Source: an uncultured Candidatus Saccharibacteria bacterium
GTDB taxonomy: Bacteria; Patescibacteriota; Saccharimonadia; UBA4664; CAYXHD01
Assembly (NCBI GenBank): GCA_964585425.1
Contig: CAZPDI010000001.1
Span: forward strand, 4,804-68,803
Direction: 5' to 3'
DNA: 64,000 nucleotides
A model generated the notes under the pieces. That model made no database searches and was not told the origin of the DNA. It saw only the letters and a program-made list of their open reading frames with translations. Positions 19,049 through 29,500 of the stretch are shown piece by piece. The number at the start of each line of letters is the position of its first letter. The stretch's first letter is position 1. A program made the translations under genes and the position numbers.

Positions 19049-19615
19049 TCACTTCAGTTTTCGGTAGCGGTGATCGACCATTTGTGTGAGGCGGGAAACG
19101 AGGGTAGCCGGGTCATCGTCAAAGATGATTCCGGAGCGATTCCGTTTAGCTGCCTTGAGTACGGTTTCGACGGCGTCAGTCATGCCGCCAGACCCGACAA
19201 GCACACCCACTGGTGTTTTTTCTTCCAACGCGATCATGAGTTCGTTGAGGGTTCCAAGCCGTCCGCCGACCATTATTAAGGCGTCGCTAGATCGGACCAG
19301 CAATACATCGCGCCCCATGTAGCCAAAGCCCGTGTAAATGATGCTGCCATAAGCATCGGTTGGTAACTTATATTTATTGCGATGATCAATGCGGCTGGTA
19401 GCCGGCGAAAAGCCCAGACTGGTGACATAGTTGCTATCCTGATCATGGGCGGCTTTGGCGGCATAGTACGGTAAGCCGGTGGTAGCACCAGTTACAACTA
19501 CATGGCCCTGCTGAACAATTTGTACGCCCACAGCCTTGGCCAAGCCTTTGGCCAAATTAACACCATCACCCTTGGCTGCGCCTGACACGCAAATATTGTA
19601 TTTAAGTTTGGCCAT
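19049..19615 (-). CDS. LOG / TIGR00725-family Rossmann-fold protein
   Basis: 188 aa. The VGGRLGTLNELMIALE motif (GGxGTxxE) is typical of the LOG/TIGR00725 superfamily. Confidence 0.6.
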   Translation of the reverse strand: MAKLKYNICVSGAAKGDGVNLAKGLAKAVGVQIVQQGHVVVTGATTGLPYYAAKAAHDQDSNYVTSLGFSPATSRIDHRNKYKLPTDAYGSIIYTGFGYMGRDVLLVRSSDALIMVGGRLGTLNELMIALEEKTPVGVLVGSGGMTDAVETVLKAAKRNRSGIIFDDDPATLVSRLTQMVDHRYRKLK

Positions 19616-20841
19616 TATAGTTCCTCCGGTTTAATAATTTCGTTATCTAGGCGCTCCAGAATCTGTTGCCGTAATACATCTGAGCCCATGTAGCGCGCAA
19701 AGACCTCGTTCCACAGACTTTCGCGAAAATGATAGCTATAGCGATCCTCAAAACTAACGCCGTTAGAGTAACCAAAGGCATTGTCTATAAGGTTAAAGCT
19801 AATGATACCGCCCTCCAGCTGCGTACCAATAAAATCCAGTCCTTGCCAAAATTTGAGCTGTGGATCGATATCAAACAATGCCTCATCTGCGGCCCGCCAA
19901 TGTAAGTCCTCGGGCTGAACATGCGGTTCAAAAATCTCGGGGTGCTGTTCGTCGCCGAGCTTGGCGAAGTAGCGCTGGATTACGCGCCAATGGACATGAT
20001 GATTGGCATGGATGGAGACCTTTGGCGTACCAGCGATCAAGGTCTTACTGAGTACCTCGCCAAAATTTTTCTTAGCCGAAATGAGCTTAAAGTAGGCGCT
20101 ATAGAGGCGAATCTCGTTATGATAATGCAGCAACATCGACAGTATCTTGAGTGGTGCGCCGGGCATGCGCTCCACCGTCATTGGCACCACACCAACTACC
20201 CCCATTTCTTTACTATGCGTTAAGTTATGAAGTTTTTTAGTTACAAAATGCTCGGCGACATCACCCCACTTGTGCGGATCAAAGACAATTACCTTAATCT
20301 GGCGCTCTTCAAAGTCGTCCGGCGTCATATGGTTATATATTTCGTTAAATTTATTAAGCCAGTCGGGAGTTTCGGCAAAGCGTAAGGCTACGAACAGCTC
20401 GGCAACATCCTCGTGTCGCAACAGGGTCTCGATGGAGTCGTACCCGAGTCGTCGCATGATTGTTGTGGGCGTAAACTCCGTAAGCAGCGTTTGAGCCACA
20501 GACTCCTTAAGCGCAAAACAAGTCCGCTCAATATTAGCCTGTTGCACCGTCTCGATGAGCTTTGGAATTAAGGTGGCCAACGTCTCGTCGTCTGGAGCCC
20601 CAACCACCTGCGCCAGTCGACGGTTATCATCTTTGGACCGCTGCATTAACGCCGCAAAGGCTTCTTGTGCAGTCGCTTGGGTAGTAAGGCCAAGTTCGGT
20701 CAAAACAGCGGCCGAGCGCGTGGCCAACTCCGCCAACAATTGTACGTCGGCACCAATGTGACCGCTGCGCTGCTCAAGCTCTTTGATGCTTTCGGTAAAT
20801 AACGGTTCTTTAGCTAGTAATAAATCTGCAAGCTTACTCAA
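19615..20841 (-). CDS. Hypothetical protein
   Basis: 408-aa ORF that overlaps the downstream gene by 1 nt, suggesting an operon. No motif recognised. Confidence 0.45.
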   Translation of the reverse strand: MSKLADLLLAKEPLFTESIKELEQRSGHIGADVQLLAELATRSAAVLTELGLTTQATAQEAFAALMQRSKDDNRRLAQVVGAPDDETLATLIPKLIETVQQANIERTCFALKESVAQTLLTEFTPTTIMRRLGYDSIETLLRHEDVAELFVALRFAETPDWLNKFNEIYNHMTPDDFEERQIKVIVFDPHKWGDVAEHFVTKKLHNLTHSKEMGVVGVVPMTVERMPGAPLKILSMLLHYHNEIRLYSAYFKLISAKKNFGEVLSKTLIAGTPKVSIHANHHVHWRVIQRYFAKLGDEQHPEIFEPHVQPEDLHWRAADEALFDIDPQLKFWQGLDFIGTQLEGGIISFNLIDNAFGYSNGVSFEDRYSYHFRESLWNEVFARYMGSDVLRQQILERLDNEIIKPEEL

Positions 20842-20848
20842 CGCAACC

Positions 20849-21817
20849 TCACAAACGAATGGTAGTTAGCTCAATGGGCTTGAGTTTTTGGGGCTTTAAA
20901 ATTCCCGCCTTAGCGCCATAGTGCTGCACCACCGACGTGGCGTTGGCGCTTGCAAAGGTTACCGCCTCGGCCAGACTACCGCCAGCTGCCAGAACCGCAA
21001 CGAATCCAGACCCAAAGGCATCGCCGGCGCCGGTTCTATCAATAACGTTAACTTTTTTATAGGCGCCAGCCTTATAAATTTTGTCGCTGTCGCTTACGTA
21101 CACGCCGCGAGGACCATCGGTAACCACTACGTAATGACAGGCGCCTATAGTGTTCAGCATCAATTCTTTCGTATCACGTATACCAAACAGTTCCTGTATC
21201 TCTTGGGCGTTACCAAGCAATACATCAATATCTGGCAATACGGCCCTAAGCTTTTTGGGCTTAGCTAGCTCCGCGCTACCCGGCGCCAAGGCAATCTTGA
21301 TGCTGCGGGTTTTGGCTTGCTTAATAAGTTGCTTTAGTACATCAAAGTTTCCGGCCAAGGAGGTGATGTACACCCAATCACCCTTAAAGCGATCCCATTT
21401 TATTTCTTTAGCCGACAGGTTGTGCGACGCCCCGCGGTAATTTAACACAACTCGTTCGCCGCTAGGAGCCACCAGTATTGTGGAGTACGACGTACCGTAC
21501 TTTTGATCCTGCATAGCCAGATCAACATTCACCCCTTCGCGCCGCAATACACGCACTATCTCGGCTCCAGCCGCATCGCTACCAATCTTGCCTAAAAAAC
21601 TCACATTAAATCCCTGGCGAGCAAAGGTTACCGCGGCATTGGTAGCACCACCCCCGGTGCTATGATACACATTATCAACCTCGACCTTAGCGCCTAGAGG
21701 GAACTGCTCAACCGTGGCTTTAGTGCGAACATCGCGCTTGGCGGTCAAAGACTTACCCGTTAAATAAACGTCCTGAACCGCCGCACCAACACAAATAATT
21801 TTAGATGCTGGCTTCAT
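20849..21817 (-). CDS. PfkB-family carbohydrate kinase (ribokinase-like)
   Basis: 322 aa with the N-terminal GGGATNAA motif and the C-terminal DRTGAGDAFGSGFV PfkB signature. Confidence 0.8.
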   Translation of the reverse strand: MKPASKIICVGAAVQDVYLTGKSLTAKRDVRTKATVEQFPLGAKVEVDNVYHSTGGGATNAAVTFARQGFNVSFLGKIGSDAAGAEIVRVLRREGVNVDLAMQDQKYGTSYSTILVAPSGERVVLNYRGASHNLSAKEIKWDRFKGDWVYITSLAGNFDVLKQLIKQAKTRSIKIALAPGSAELAKPKKLRAVLPDIDVLLGNAQEIQELFGIRDTKELMLNTIGACHYVVVTDGPRGVYVSDSDKIYKAGAYKKVNVIDRTGAGDAFGSGFVAVLAAGGSLAEAVTFASANATSVVQHYGAKAGILKPQKLKPIELTTIRL

Positions 21818-22833
21818 GAGCTGCTCTTTTCGGTATTAATTAACCACCGCCCCGATGATGATACATACACCACGGTATAGGTAAAGCTGGTGGTGTACTG
21901 ATCGGTGGTATTGGTTTCGCTGTTTTTATACTTATTAAGTACATTGACCTGCACCACGTATCCGGCATCACCAGACTTAGTGTTACTTACTACGCGATAA
22001 CTGGCTGGATAGGTATATTTTCGGCTATCGGCACTGATCTGGGAAAAGTTGTACTCACTGGCAAAGGCCGGCGTCATATAACGCTTCATTTTCGTTGCAT
22101 CACCCGAGATATAGCCGTCCATAAAGCCAGTGATACTTGACTCAACAAGCTGCTTGTCTAAAACGTCTTGTTCGGCCTGCTGCTTCTTAGTCTTTATTTC
22201 GGCAGCCGCTTTAGCCTTGGCTTCATCACTTAGTTTCTTAAGTGATTCCAAATACTCATCAACGTTAAACAGTGCCTGATTTACATCTTCGGTAAGGTAG
22301 GTTAAGTCTTTTTTAGTCTTGGCGGTTTGATCAGCAGCTTCATTCGATAACTTCTGGGCCTTTGCCAGATCATCTTCGGTAATAGCGGTGATGTCATCGC
22401 TCATACCAGCTATTTGTGAGGAATATGAACCCATTTTAGTAACGAAGGCGCCGTAGGAGTCGATGGCTCGTTTATCGTTAAGGAGTAATGGGATGAGGGA
22501 CAAACTAATTTTCTGATCCTTCATCGTGCTATCGAGTTTTCGCAGACTTGTGGCCAATACGCTAGTTTTTTCGAGGCTAGCATCGCCCTTAGTTATGCCG
22601 GCAATTTCATCAGATTGCACGGTTACGTCGTGCCAACCCTCGATAGTAAATTGCTTAGTGTAGCTCATGCGACGATTACGCCAGAATAAAAGACCCCCGA
22701 TGATAAGCAGTAAAATCAATCCGCCAGCAATCCAGGCATTGCGTTTATTAATATGCCGTTTAAGACCCGGCTTGGACGCTTGAGGCTCGACGGTACTTTC
22801 GACTTCTACCGCAGGATTTTCAGATTGTTCCAT
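21814..22833 (-). CDS. Membrane-anchored hypothetical protein
   Basis: 339 aa with one N-terminal TM helix (WIAGGLILLLIIGGLLFW), a coiled-coil middle section and a beta-rich C-terminus. Confidence 0.45.
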   Translation of the reverse strand: MEQSENPAVEVESTVEPQASKPGLKRHINKRNAWIAGGLILLLIIGGLLFWRNRRMSYTKQFTIEGWHDVTVQSDEIAGITKGDASLEKTSVLATSLRKLDSTMKDQKISLSLIPLLLNDKRAIDSYGAFVTKMGSYSSQIAGMSDDITAITEDDLAKAQKLSNEAADQTAKTKKDLTYLTEDVNQALFNVDEYLESLKKLSDEAKAKAAAEIKTKKQQAEQDVLDKQLVESSITGFMDGYISGDATKMKRYMTPAFASEYNFSQISADSRKYTYPASYRVVSNTKSGDAGYVVQVNVLNKYKNSETNTTDQYTTSFTYTVVYVSSSGRWLINTEKSSS

Positions 22834-22857
22834 GGTGTTCCTTATTTGTTATGCTTA

Positions 22858-23745
22858 TCATACCTTAGCTTGGCCAGTACTGCCAAATACGTCCATATGG
22901 GACTCTACGATATGCTGTATCGAGTCCTCAACGGGACCCATGAGCTTCATAACAGCGTACTCGTCGGGATTGGCCTTTAGCTGCTCTTCCAGTGTCGCCC
23001 GGAAGGCTCGACGCATCTCGGAGTTTATATTTATTTTGGTGACACCGATCTTGGCCGCATCCCGGAAGAAATGCGGTGGCGTGCCAGAACCACCGTGCAG
23101 TGAAATGTAGCAATCAATGCTATCGCGAATGGCTTGAAGCAATTGCAAATCAAGCTTTTTTGGCACGGGGTACAGGCCATGGAGATTACCAATACTGGCT
23201 GCTAACGTATCAATACCTGTAGCACGAACAAAAGCGGCTGCCTCCTCTGGTTTTGTAAATGTCTGCTTGACCTCATCATAGTTAATGGCTTCGGTGTGCA
23301 CATTAGAGCTGCCAGCAAAATAATGCATCTCGCTCTCCACCAGCGCACCAGTCTTGGTGGCATAATTAACGACTTGTTTTGTTTCTTTAACAATCTCATC
23401 ATACGTCGCATTGTGTCGCTCTTGAGAAATATCAATATGAATAAATTCAAAGCCGGCATCCACCGCCGCCATGGACGCTTCGACACTGGGCGAATGGTCC
23501 AAGTTAAGATACATTTCTATCTTGTATTCCTGCTTGTAGTTATCGACCATGTCACAAATATTTTGCAAGCCTATGGCCTGTACTTCGCCATGACTGACCT
23601 CAACTAAACAAGGAGCATTTTTGGCTTTGGCAGCTCGAGCAATCGCGACCAAAGTTTCTTGATTATCAATGTTAAACGCACCAAGAGCGTAATGATTAGC
23701 GCGTGCCCGTTTAAATGCCGCTCGAGCCTTATGTTGATTGGTCAT
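22858..23745 (-). CDS. fba: Class II fructose/tagatose-bisphosphate aldolase
   Basis: 295 aa with the motifs NLDHS, HIDIS and SLHGGSGTP typical of class II aldolases. Confidence 0.8.
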   Translation of the reverse strand: MTNQHKARAAFKRARANHYALGAFNIDNQETLVAIARAAKAKNAPCLVEVSHGEVQAIGLQNICDMVDNYKQEYKIEMYLNLDHSPSVEASMAAVDAGFEFIHIDISQERHNATYDEIVKETKQVVNYATKTGALVESEMHYFAGSSNVHTEAINYDEVKQTFTKPEEAAAFVRATGIDTLAASIGNLHGLYPVPKKLDLQLLQAIRDSIDCYISLHGGSGTPPHFFRDAAKIGVTKININSEMRRAFRATLEEQLKANPDEYAVMKLMGPVEDSIQHIVESHMDVFGSTGQAKV

Positions 23746-24725
23746 GAATTCTTCCTCTTGATTACTTCTTTGGCTGCCTGGGCAATATCAGCACTAGTTA
23801 ACTTATAATGTTTAAGGAGTTCTGTCGGTGCACCCGATTGTCCGAATTCGTCCTGCACACCAATACGGGTCAGTGGTGTTGGACGCTGCTCACCTAACAC
23901 CTCGGCCACGGCCCCGCCCAAACCCCCAGTTATCTGCGCTTCTTCGGCCGTAACCACCGCACCTGTTTTTCGAGCACTAGCAATAACCGTATGGCCATCT
24001 AACGGTTTGATGACGGCTGCATTTATTACCTCGGCTTCAATACCATCTTTGCTTAACTTGTCTGCTGCAACTAGTGCCTGATACACCATGGTTCCAGTAG
24101 CCACGATGGTCACATCTGTTCCTTGGCGATATACTTCGGCCTTACCAAACGTAAAAGGCGTGTCGGCAGTAGTTACGATAGGTGTAGCTTCGCGTGCCAA
24201 GCGGAGATAGGCCGGCTTAGCTGATTTGGCCAGTAGTTCTGTAGCCTTTTGAGCCTGAACCGAATCACAAGGAATAATCACCTGCATATTTGGTAAGGAT
24301 CGCATCAGCGCGATATCCTCGAGCATTTGATGCGTAGCGCCATCCGGACCAACACTAACACCAGCGTGAGAACCGACGATCTTAACGTTTACGTCATTCA
24401 ATGCAACGGTGGTACGAATCTGCTCCCAATTACGCCCCGGGCTAAAAGCAGCATAACTTGAAGTAAAGGGAATTTTACCCATAGCTGCCATACCGGCCGC
24501 CACGGTGACTAAGTTCTGCTCGGCAACTCCGACCTCAATAAAACGCTCAGGAAATTCTTTCGCGAAAGCATCCATTTTGGTACTTTCCGTTAAGTCTGCG
24601 CATAAGGCTACAACCTGCTTATTGTGCCTGGCGGCTTCGACTAAACCACGACCGAAACCCGCACGAATCGGTTCATACTTGAGTTCTGGCTGGAACAATT
24701 GAGGATTGAGATACATAGTACTCAT
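23742..24725 (-). CDS. Transketolase, C-terminal (pyrimidine-binding) subunit
   Basis: 327 aa, part of a split transketolase. FIEVGVAEQNLVTVAAGMA and GSHAGVSVGPDGATHQ are present. Confidence 0.85.
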   Translation of the reverse strand: MSTMYLNPQLFQPELKYEPIRAGFGRGLVEAARHNKQVVALCADLTESTKMDAFAKEFPERFIEVGVAEQNLVTVAAGMAAMGKIPFTSSYAAFSPGRNWEQIRTTVALNDVNVKIVGSHAGVSVGPDGATHQMLEDIALMRSLPNMQVIIPCDSVQAQKATELLAKSAKPAYLRLAREATPIVTTADTPFTFGKAEVYRQGTDVTIVATGTMVYQALVAADKLSKDGIEAEVINAAVIKPLDGHTVIASARKTGAVVTAEEAQITGGLGGAVAEVLGEQRPTPLTRIGVQDEFGQSGAPTELLKHYKLTSADIAQAAKEVIKRKNS

Positions 24726-25567
24726 TACTGGTGCTCCGATCTGATTTTACCGCCCAGGGTGCGCAGTTCATGAAGGGCTTTTTTGGCTTCATCAGCTACT
24801 GGCGGCTTACCATGCCAATGGAAATCATTTTCCATAAAGTCCACGCCTTTGCCCGGTACGGTATGTGCGATGATGACAGTCGGTCGAAGCGAGATACGCG
24901 CTGCAGTACAAGCATCGATGACAGATTGAACGTCATTGCCATCAATCTCTTGCACCGCCCAACCATTGGCCTTCCATTTATCAGCTAAGTTTTCGAGTGG
25001 CATGACTTGCTCGGTCGGGCCATCAATTTGGATATTATTACGATCGATTATGACCGTTACATTTTTAAGCTGGTATTTGCCGACGAACATAGCGGCTTCC
25101 CATACGTTGCCTTCGTCAAGCTCACCGTCGCCCATAATACAAAATACATGCCGCTTCGTGTTACAGTCGATGCGCAAGGCGGTTGCCATGCCGGCCGCCT
25201 GACTGAGGCCAGAACCCAGCGGGCCGCTGGTCGTCTCCAGGCCTGGCAGCTTCGTACGTTCCGGATGACCTTGCAAGCGACTGCCAAATTTACGCAATGT
25301 TTTTAACTCTTTTCGATCAAAATAGCCCGCTCGAGCCATAGCCGCATAACGCACTGGAGCCGTATGGCCATTACTTGTAATCAATAAATCGCGCTCTTCC
25401 CAGTCTGGCTTTTTTGGGTCATGATGGAGTACCTTAAAGTACAATGCAGCATAGATATCGGCCAATCCCAATGGTCCAGCGGAGTGGCCACTGCCAGCCT
25501 CGAGCAGCATAGTAATAATATCTTCCCGGATCCCATTGGCAGCTAGTTCGAGTTCCTGAATGCTCAT
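24725..25567 (-). CDS. Transketolase, N-terminal (TPP-binding) subunit
   Basis: 280 aa with SGHSAGPLGLADIYAALYF and GDGELDEGNVWEAAMF, the TPP-binding motifs. Confidence 0.85.
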   Translation of the reverse strand: MSIQELELAANGIREDIITMLLEAGSGHSAGPLGLADIYAALYFKVLHHDPKKPDWEERDLLITSNGHTAPVRYAAMARAGYFDRKELKTLRKFGSRLQGHPERTKLPGLETTSGPLGSGLSQAAGMATALRIDCNTKRHVFCIMGDGELDEGNVWEAAMFVGKYQLKNVTVIIDRNNIQIDGPTEQVMPLENLADKWKANGWAVQEIDGNDVQSVIDACTAARISLRPTVIIAHTVPGKGVDFMENDFHWHGKPPVADEAKKALHELRTLGGKIRSEHQ

Positions 25568-26139
25568 TCGCCCACCATCGATAAATACGCCGATCCAACG
25601 TACAGGACATCGGCATTCAACTCACCGACATTTTCGGGTGCTACGCCGCCATCGATCGAAACTTCGAGATCCGGATTAATAGCCCGAGCAGCCTCAATCT
25701 TAGGTAACTGAGCTTTATCCATCACCCCGCCGTAATGACCGAGTTTGCCAGTAAAGATCAGGGCGTGATCAGCTTGCTGTAATAAATTATCAGGCTGGCT
25801 TTCGGGCAAATAGGCCACGCCGGCATCAACGCCAAAAGACTGAATTTCCTCAATACATTTTGCGTGATCACCATCGGCTTCGGCATGAACAATCACGAGA
25901 TTAGGTTTTAAAGCTAATGCAGATTCGAGATGACTCAAAGGATCTTTAACCATTAAATGAAGATCTAACGCTACATCCTCGGGGACGTAGACTTGTGCAA
26001 GATTGATAGTTTTGGTCGGCGCAAAAACTCCATCACAGATGTCAACATGAATGCGTTTTGTATGAGGGATGAGCTTTTCCAGCCGATCATGGTACTCGCC
26101 CGGAGTCGTAGCCAGAATAGTTGGTACGATCTCAGCCAT
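25564..26139 (-). CDS. rpe: Ribulose-phosphate 3-epimerase-like protein (short)
   Basis: 191 aa. IVPTILA..IHVDICDGVFAP resembles the Rpe HvDvMDGhFVP motif, and the gene sits in pentose-phosphate context. Confidence 0.6.
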   Translation of the reverse strand: MAEIVPTILATTPGEYHDRLEKLIPHTKRIHVDICDGVFAPTKTINLAQVYVPEDVALDLHLMVKDPLSHLESALALKPNLVIVHAEADGDHAKCIEEIQSFGVDAGVAYLPESQPDNLLQQADHALIFTGKLGHYGGVMDKAQLPKIEAARAINPDLEVSIDGGVAPENVGELNADVLYVGSAYLSMVGE

Positions 26140-26587
26140 ATATGTCCTCGATCTCCTTGAGTCGTCGTTCGTATTTTGGATTGGTGCTGAATTCTTCTTC
26201 TAGCCACGCTTCGGCCACATCAAAGGCTTCTTGCCGCGTTAAAAAACGGGCCGGGATACACAGCACATTGCTATTGTTGTCCTGGCGAGTCTCGCGAGCT
26301 ACGGCAACATTCCAACATACTGCGGCGCGAATACCACGAACCCGATTTGCAGCTATGGCCATACCCTCGCCTGATCCACAGAGCAAGATGGCCCGTGCAT
26401 CATCGTCATCGCCAATTACTTGAGTAGCTGCGGCAAAAGCATATTGGGGGTAATCGTCTTGATCATCAAAGGTATCGGCGCCCAAATCTTTTACCTGGTA
26501 TCCGTTATGATGCAGGTGTTCGAGCAAAGCGTTCTTGTACTCAAAACCACCGTGATCGGCTGCTAAATAAATTGTTGATACTCCCAT
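26132..26587 (-). CDS. rpiB: Ribose-5-phosphate isomerase B
   Basis: The start was moved to Met14 (26587), giving MGVSTIYLAADHGGFEYKN..LLCGSGEGMAIAANR, typical of RpiB/LacA. Confidence 0.8.
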   Translation of the reverse strand: MGVSTIYLAADHGGFEYKNALLEHLHHNGYQVKDLGADTFDDQDDYPQYAFAAATQVIGDDDDARAILLCGSGEGMAIAANRVRGIRAAVCWNVAVARETRQDNNSNVLCIPARFLTRQEAFDVAEAWLEEEFSTNPKYERRLKEIEDIYG

Positions 26588-26594
26588 ATACCCC

Positions 26595-27611
26595 CTACGA
26601 TTTAAGACTTTGACCAGCCAGCGCAACCATCTCGACTAAGCGGTTAGAATATCCCCATTCATTGTCGTACCAAGCCACAACCTTTACGAGATTTCCACCG
26701 ACCACTTTGGTAAGTCCAAGGTCGACAATCGAAGAATGACTGTCACCAATAAGATCACTGGAGACCAATGGCTCGTTAGTCACGGCCAGGATGCCTTTAT
26801 AGCGATGTTCTTTGCTGGCAGCAATCAAGATTTCATTAACTTGCTCAACAGTAGTGTTCTTTTTTGACACCAAAGTAATGTCGCTCAAGCTCACTACTGG
26901 GGTTGGCACGCGAATACTTAACCCGTCAAATAAATCTTGGAGCTCGGGCACGGTCAGCGCGGCAGCCTTAGCGGCACCCGTAGTGGTTGGTACGATGTTT
27001 TCGGCAGCATTGCGACCCTCGCGCAGATCTTTGCTTGGACCGTCCTGCAGCGACTGGCTGGCAGTATAACTATGTACGGTGGTCATCATGGATTTTTCAA
27101 TACCGAGTTTCTCGCTTAATACCGCCATAACTGGCGCGATACAGTTAGTGGTACACGAGGCATTCGAAATGATTGCCTGATCATGACCAAGCTTGTCTTC
27201 GTTGGCGCCAAACACGAAGGTATCGTGGCTATGCTCGGTCTTTTCGGGCGCGCTCAATACCACCTTTTTAGCACCAGCATCAAGATGTAACTGCAAGTCC
27301 TCAGGCGTAGTAAAGCGACCGGAGCTCTCGATGACGACATCGATGCCAAGATCGGCCCACGGTAACTTGTTCGGCTCCTTCTCAGCTAAGACCTTAACGG
27401 GATGCTTATCGACGATCAGATGATCCTCGTCAAAGCTGACGTCATGACCATACGTTCCATAGTTTGAATCGTGCTTAAGTAGGTAAGCAAGAGTTTTAGT
27501 TTCACCTAAGTCGTTGATGGCAATAACTTGCATATCATCACGCGCGGCGGCGATTTTAAAGGCGTTGCGCCCAATGCGACCAAACCCATTTATAGCAATT
27601 TTTAGTTTCAT
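26595..27611 (-). CDS. gap: Type I glyceraldehyde-3-phosphate dehydrogenase
   Basis: 338 aa with INGFGRIGR, the SNASCTTNC active-site motif and WYDNEWGYS. Confidence 0.95.
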   Translation of the reverse strand: MKLKIAINGFGRIGRNAFKIAAARDDMQVIAINDLGETKTLAYLLKHDSNYGTYGHDVSFDEDHLIVDKHPVKVLAEKEPNKLPWADLGIDVVIESSGRFTTPEDLQLHLDAGAKKVVLSAPEKTEHSHDTFVFGANEDKLGHDQAIISNASCTTNCIAPVMAVLSEKLGIEKSMMTTVHSYTASQSLQDGPSKDLREGRNAAENIVPTTTGAAKAAALTVPELQDLFDGLSIRVPTPVVSLSDITLVSKKNTTVEQVNEILIAASKEHRYKGILAVTNEPLVSSDLIGDSHSSIVDLGLTKVVGGNLVKVVAWYDNEWGYSNRLVEMVALAGQSLKS

Positions 27612-27704
27612 AGAAGCGTCTTTCTTATGCTTCTATTGTACCCCGCTTATGGTTATTTTCTCAAGAGATACCAAAGCATGTTATACGGATTCGAGATGCG
27701 GTAT

Positions 27705-28223
27705 TTATCTAAGATTATCTACTGATTGAGACTGAACCCATATCGGTCCACCAGGGTACTTGTTGAATATATTCCCGTACACTAAATAACTAGCCTTAGT
27801 TGCGGTGAATTCTGCACTGCAATGTAGCTCAGTAGAAGTTCCGTATGTTTTAGTCGAAACGGCCCTCTTGCCAACATACTTGTAATTTAAATCGTACATT
27901 CGCATACTCAATTCTACCGTGGCCCGTCTGCCGCCCGACGCATAAGCACGCACACAGTATCTATATGTGCCACCCTTAGCTATTTTGACAAGCTTTGGCT
28001 CAAAGTCACTACTCTGCACTTCCTTACCCTCTGATATAGACATTTGCCGCTGCGTGCGCCAAAGGGAAACCCATGAGCTAGCGCTACTAAAGCGCACCAC
28101 CAGGGCACCAATGATTGCGACAGCCGCAATGCCGCCAACAATAAGCCATTTATTAACTTTCTTTTTTTGACCGGCTTTAAGTTTTGACTTAGTTACTGGT
28201 TTCTTTGTTGCCTTCGCAGCCAT
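27705..28223 (-). CDS. Membrane-anchored hypothetical protein
   Basis: 172 aa with a Lys-rich N-terminus, one TM helix and a beta-rich ectodomain. Confidence 0.45.
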   Translation of the reverse strand: MAAKATKKPVTKSKLKAGQKKKVNKWLIVGGIAAVAIIGALVVRFSSASSWVSLWRTQRQMSISEGKEVQSSDFEPKLVKIAKGGTYRYCVRAYASGGRRATVELSMRMYDLNYKYVGKRAVSTKTYGTSTELHCSAEFTATKASYLVYGNIFNKYPGGPIWVQSQSVDNLR

Positions 28224-28315
28224 AAGTGTTCCTTTGTTTTTATTTGATAAACCTTATGGTTACTTTATAGCGCGTTAACAGCACAGCGTCAAGTTTTTTA
28301 TTATCATTACGAAAG

Positions 28316-28915
28316 CTATTTGCGGACTAAATACTCAGGAATAACATCGGCTGCAAACTCTGGCAGTAAGTTTTTTCCGTAAAATAATCGACTAAAAGCT
28401 TCGGCCTCCCACTTGGCGCCGGTCAGAGCGTTGTGTGGATCAACTTCGTTGGGCAAACCTACATATTGGCAAATATAATGAGAATTAACCGCGCTCATAT
28501 TATTGTTTACCGGAATTCCTATGCCGCGTGCCATCATGTGTGCATAGACCACGCTATGCAGATCCAAGATGCGGTGACCAAGGTCCCAATCGATCTGGTT
28601 GCGACTAAAGGCGGCGTTAAGCATGGCCCAGTCGTTCCAAACGTTCTGACCAGCTAGCGTACGATCTTTGGCTTGATTGGCCCATTCTATAAATTGTTTA
28701 GCAAGCTCACCGAGTGTCGGTTTATTGGAATCTTTGATTTCTTCTTGGCTGAAGCCGTTGATCTGCATCGCGATCGGATCGGTGGTGGCCCAATCGGGCA
28801 ACTGACATTCACCATAAAACTCACGACTCGGATCATTCATATCTATTGCACCCAAGCTCAAAATGGCGTGCTTATTTGGATCTAAACCGCTAAATTCTCC
28901 ATCAACAACTATCAT
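28316..28915 (-). CDS. DEDD-type 3'-5' exonuclease-like protein
   Basis: 199 aa. VVDGEFSGLD matches the ExoI DxE motif, and later H/D motifs (DLHSVVYAH) are present. Confidence 0.55.
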   Translation of the reverse strand: MIVVDGEFSGLDPNKHAILSLGAIDMNDPSREFYGECQLPDWATTDPIAMQINGFSQEEIKDSNKPTLGELAKQFIEWANQAKDRTLAGQNVWNDWAMLNAAFSRNQIDWDLGHRILDLHSVVYAHMMARGIGIPVNNNMSAVNSHYICQYVGLPNEVDPHNALTGAKWEAEAFSRLFYGKNLLPEFAADVIPEYLVRK

Positions 28916-29496
28916 ACTTCTAGTTCCTTTCCTCTGAACTCGGGCAGCTGCATAAGTTCTTCGATCGAGTTTGCATTTTTAAATATGTCTGAATAATAAC
29001 GTAAACGCTGCTTAGCTCCAAGTGATTTGAACTCATCAAGGGTCATATATTCTACAACTATCTTCTCACCATTATCCATATTTTGATCAATTTGCTCATC
29101 AAAATCAGTTGCGACAAACGTATATACAAGCCAATCCACCTTATGAACCGGCGCCGATACGGTAACAAGTTTCCAGCTCTTAAATCGTAAGCCAGTCTCT
29201 TCGGCGAGCTCACGTTGCGCGGCCTGAAGTTCAGTTTCGGCCTCAACGTCGTGACGACCCGCCGGAATATCATAGAACTCTTTTGTGCCGGGCTGCTGCT
29301 CATGCACTACTACCAACTTATCGTCCTTAATAGCTATTACTTCAACGGTGTCAGGGCGCTTAAGCATCTCAAAGGTTTCGACGCTGCCATCAAACATGGT
29401 TTGTTGCCAGTGATATACATCAAAAATAACTCCATCAAAAACTTTCTGCGCCTTGTCCGGCAGGAGCTGTGCGTTCTCAGGAACAACCGTTCGCAT
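28912..29496 (-). CDS. NUDIX hydrolase
   Basis: 194 aa with a Nudix-box-like sequence: GRHDVEAETELQAAQRELAEETGL. Confidence 0.7.
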   Translation of the reverse strand: MRTVVPENAQLLPDKAQKVFDGVIFDVYHWQQTMFDGSVETFEMLKRPDTVEVIAIKDDKLVVVHEQQPGTKEFYDIPAGRHDVEAETELQAAQRELAEETGLRFKSWKLVTVSAPVHKVDWLVYTFVATDFDEQIDQNMDNGEKIVVEYMTLDEFKSLGAKQRLRYYSDIFKNANSIEELMQLPEFRGKELEV

Positions 29497-29500
29497 AGGT

